Below are positions 62,647-64,000 of a stretch of 64,000 nt of DNA, piece after piece. Both the position numbers and the translations under genes were made by a program. The stretch lies in NCBI RefSeq assembly GCF_009914755.1, contig NC_060948.1. One strand, 5' to 3'. Under the pieces are notes generated by a model. It was given only the letters and a program-made list of their open reading frames with translations. It had not been told where the DNA came from and searched no databases. Each line of letters begins with the position of its first letter. Position 1 is the stretch's first letter. The stretch is from the human T2T-CHM13v2.0 reference genome, Homo sapiens.

Positions 62647-64000
62647 TACGTATACATTATGTATATAATAATATACAGTATCATATATATAATATATATA
62701 ACCTATGTATAATATTGTTTTACATCCTGCATCTTATGTTATATATATTGTATAAAATATAATAATTGATAATATATAAGTTTTATAATTATACAATATG
62801 ACATATAGTATATATTATAATTTATGACATATATAATATATGTTATATGTCATATATAGAATATATTATACGGTTAATATACGTATTAAATATAAATTAT
62901 ACATTATATATATTATATATAATATATCTGTTATATATAATACCCATTATGCATAATATATATATTATGTCTATGTTATATATAGTATAAAACAACATAT
63001 AATAATATATAATTGTATATATAAAATGCGACATATAATATATATTATATTTTATAACATATGTAATATATATTATATATTATATATAATACGTTGTATG
63101 TATAATACCTATATTAAATATATATTATATGACTATGTTATTAATTACATGTCCCATGTGTTATATATTATATATTTTACATAGAATATACCGGTTACAT
63201 ACAATATATACTATGTTACCTATAATGTATAATTGATTACATGTAAAATAAAGAATGCAATATATTATGTAAAATTTATAATATACAATATGTGGAATGT
63301 GACATATGTAACATATAATATATGATATATGATATACACTATATGATATATAACATACAATATATGATTCCTAATATATATGGTATACAATATATATTTT
63401 ATGATATGTATTCTATATGTTTTATATTCTGTTATATATAACTATTTGAAATTATATATAACTGTATAATATTTTATGTAAATATGTAATATAATATATA
63501 TAACTATATAATATATTATATATAACTATATATTATGTTATATATACTTTTATAACATAATTTACATAAAATATCATAATATAATATATATTATATTATT
63601 TCATATTACATAATATATATTACATATCACCCAATATAACTAACATACATAATATTATAATATAGATTATATTATGTTATATTAAATATCATATATATCA
63701 TGTATCATATATTCTATAATATATATTACACATTATATAATATGTATGTTGTCTATTATGTGATATATATAACTATATATATAATTATATTTTTATACAT
63801 ATAACTAGATAAACATGTAATTCTACATATTTTCATTTGTAATAGGTAGAATTATATAATCATATATAATTATTTATATTCTATAAAAAATTTTATCATT
63901 ATATAAATTATAATATATAAAAATTATAATATGTACTACAAATATATATATATTATATATCATATATGATATAGTACCTTTGTTATATATCATAATACAT
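62647..64000. repeat. AT-rich block of unit 27 (partial, truncated by window end)
   Basis: Continues the unit sequence without interruption to the end of the window. Confidence 0.9.

Overview
The whole window is one head-to-tail tandem array of a ~2.42-kb composite unit: about 26.4 copies, all in the same orientation, with periods of 2415-2422 bp taken from the ORF-track anchors. Each unit has three parts: a ~1.56-kb very AT-rich degenerate (TA)n-like block, a minus-strand, slightly 5'-truncated, diverged Alu (~292 bp), and a ~570-bp unique-looking block (HSATI-like). This architecture, the unit length and a predicted 2146-bp HaeIII fragment match the human DYZ2/HSat1B satellite, whose long arrays lie in Yq12 heterochromatin. 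No credible protein-coding gene, structured RNA gene, CRISPR array or prokaryotic system is present, and the recurring ORFs are by-products of the repeat. The informative signal is in the variants between copies. They show an alternating two-unit (~4.84-kb) higher-order pattern at the right end, a degenerate ~29-36-kb re-run of unit types, short homogeneous expansion blocks and a probable recombinant unit. Each unit also carries a 14-bp perfect inverted repeat whose substitutions fall mostly in its loop. All variant calls were made by eye and need alignment to confirm. Units are numbered U1-U26 by their Alu, with the preceding AT block counted in the same unit; U27 is the partial AT block at the end.
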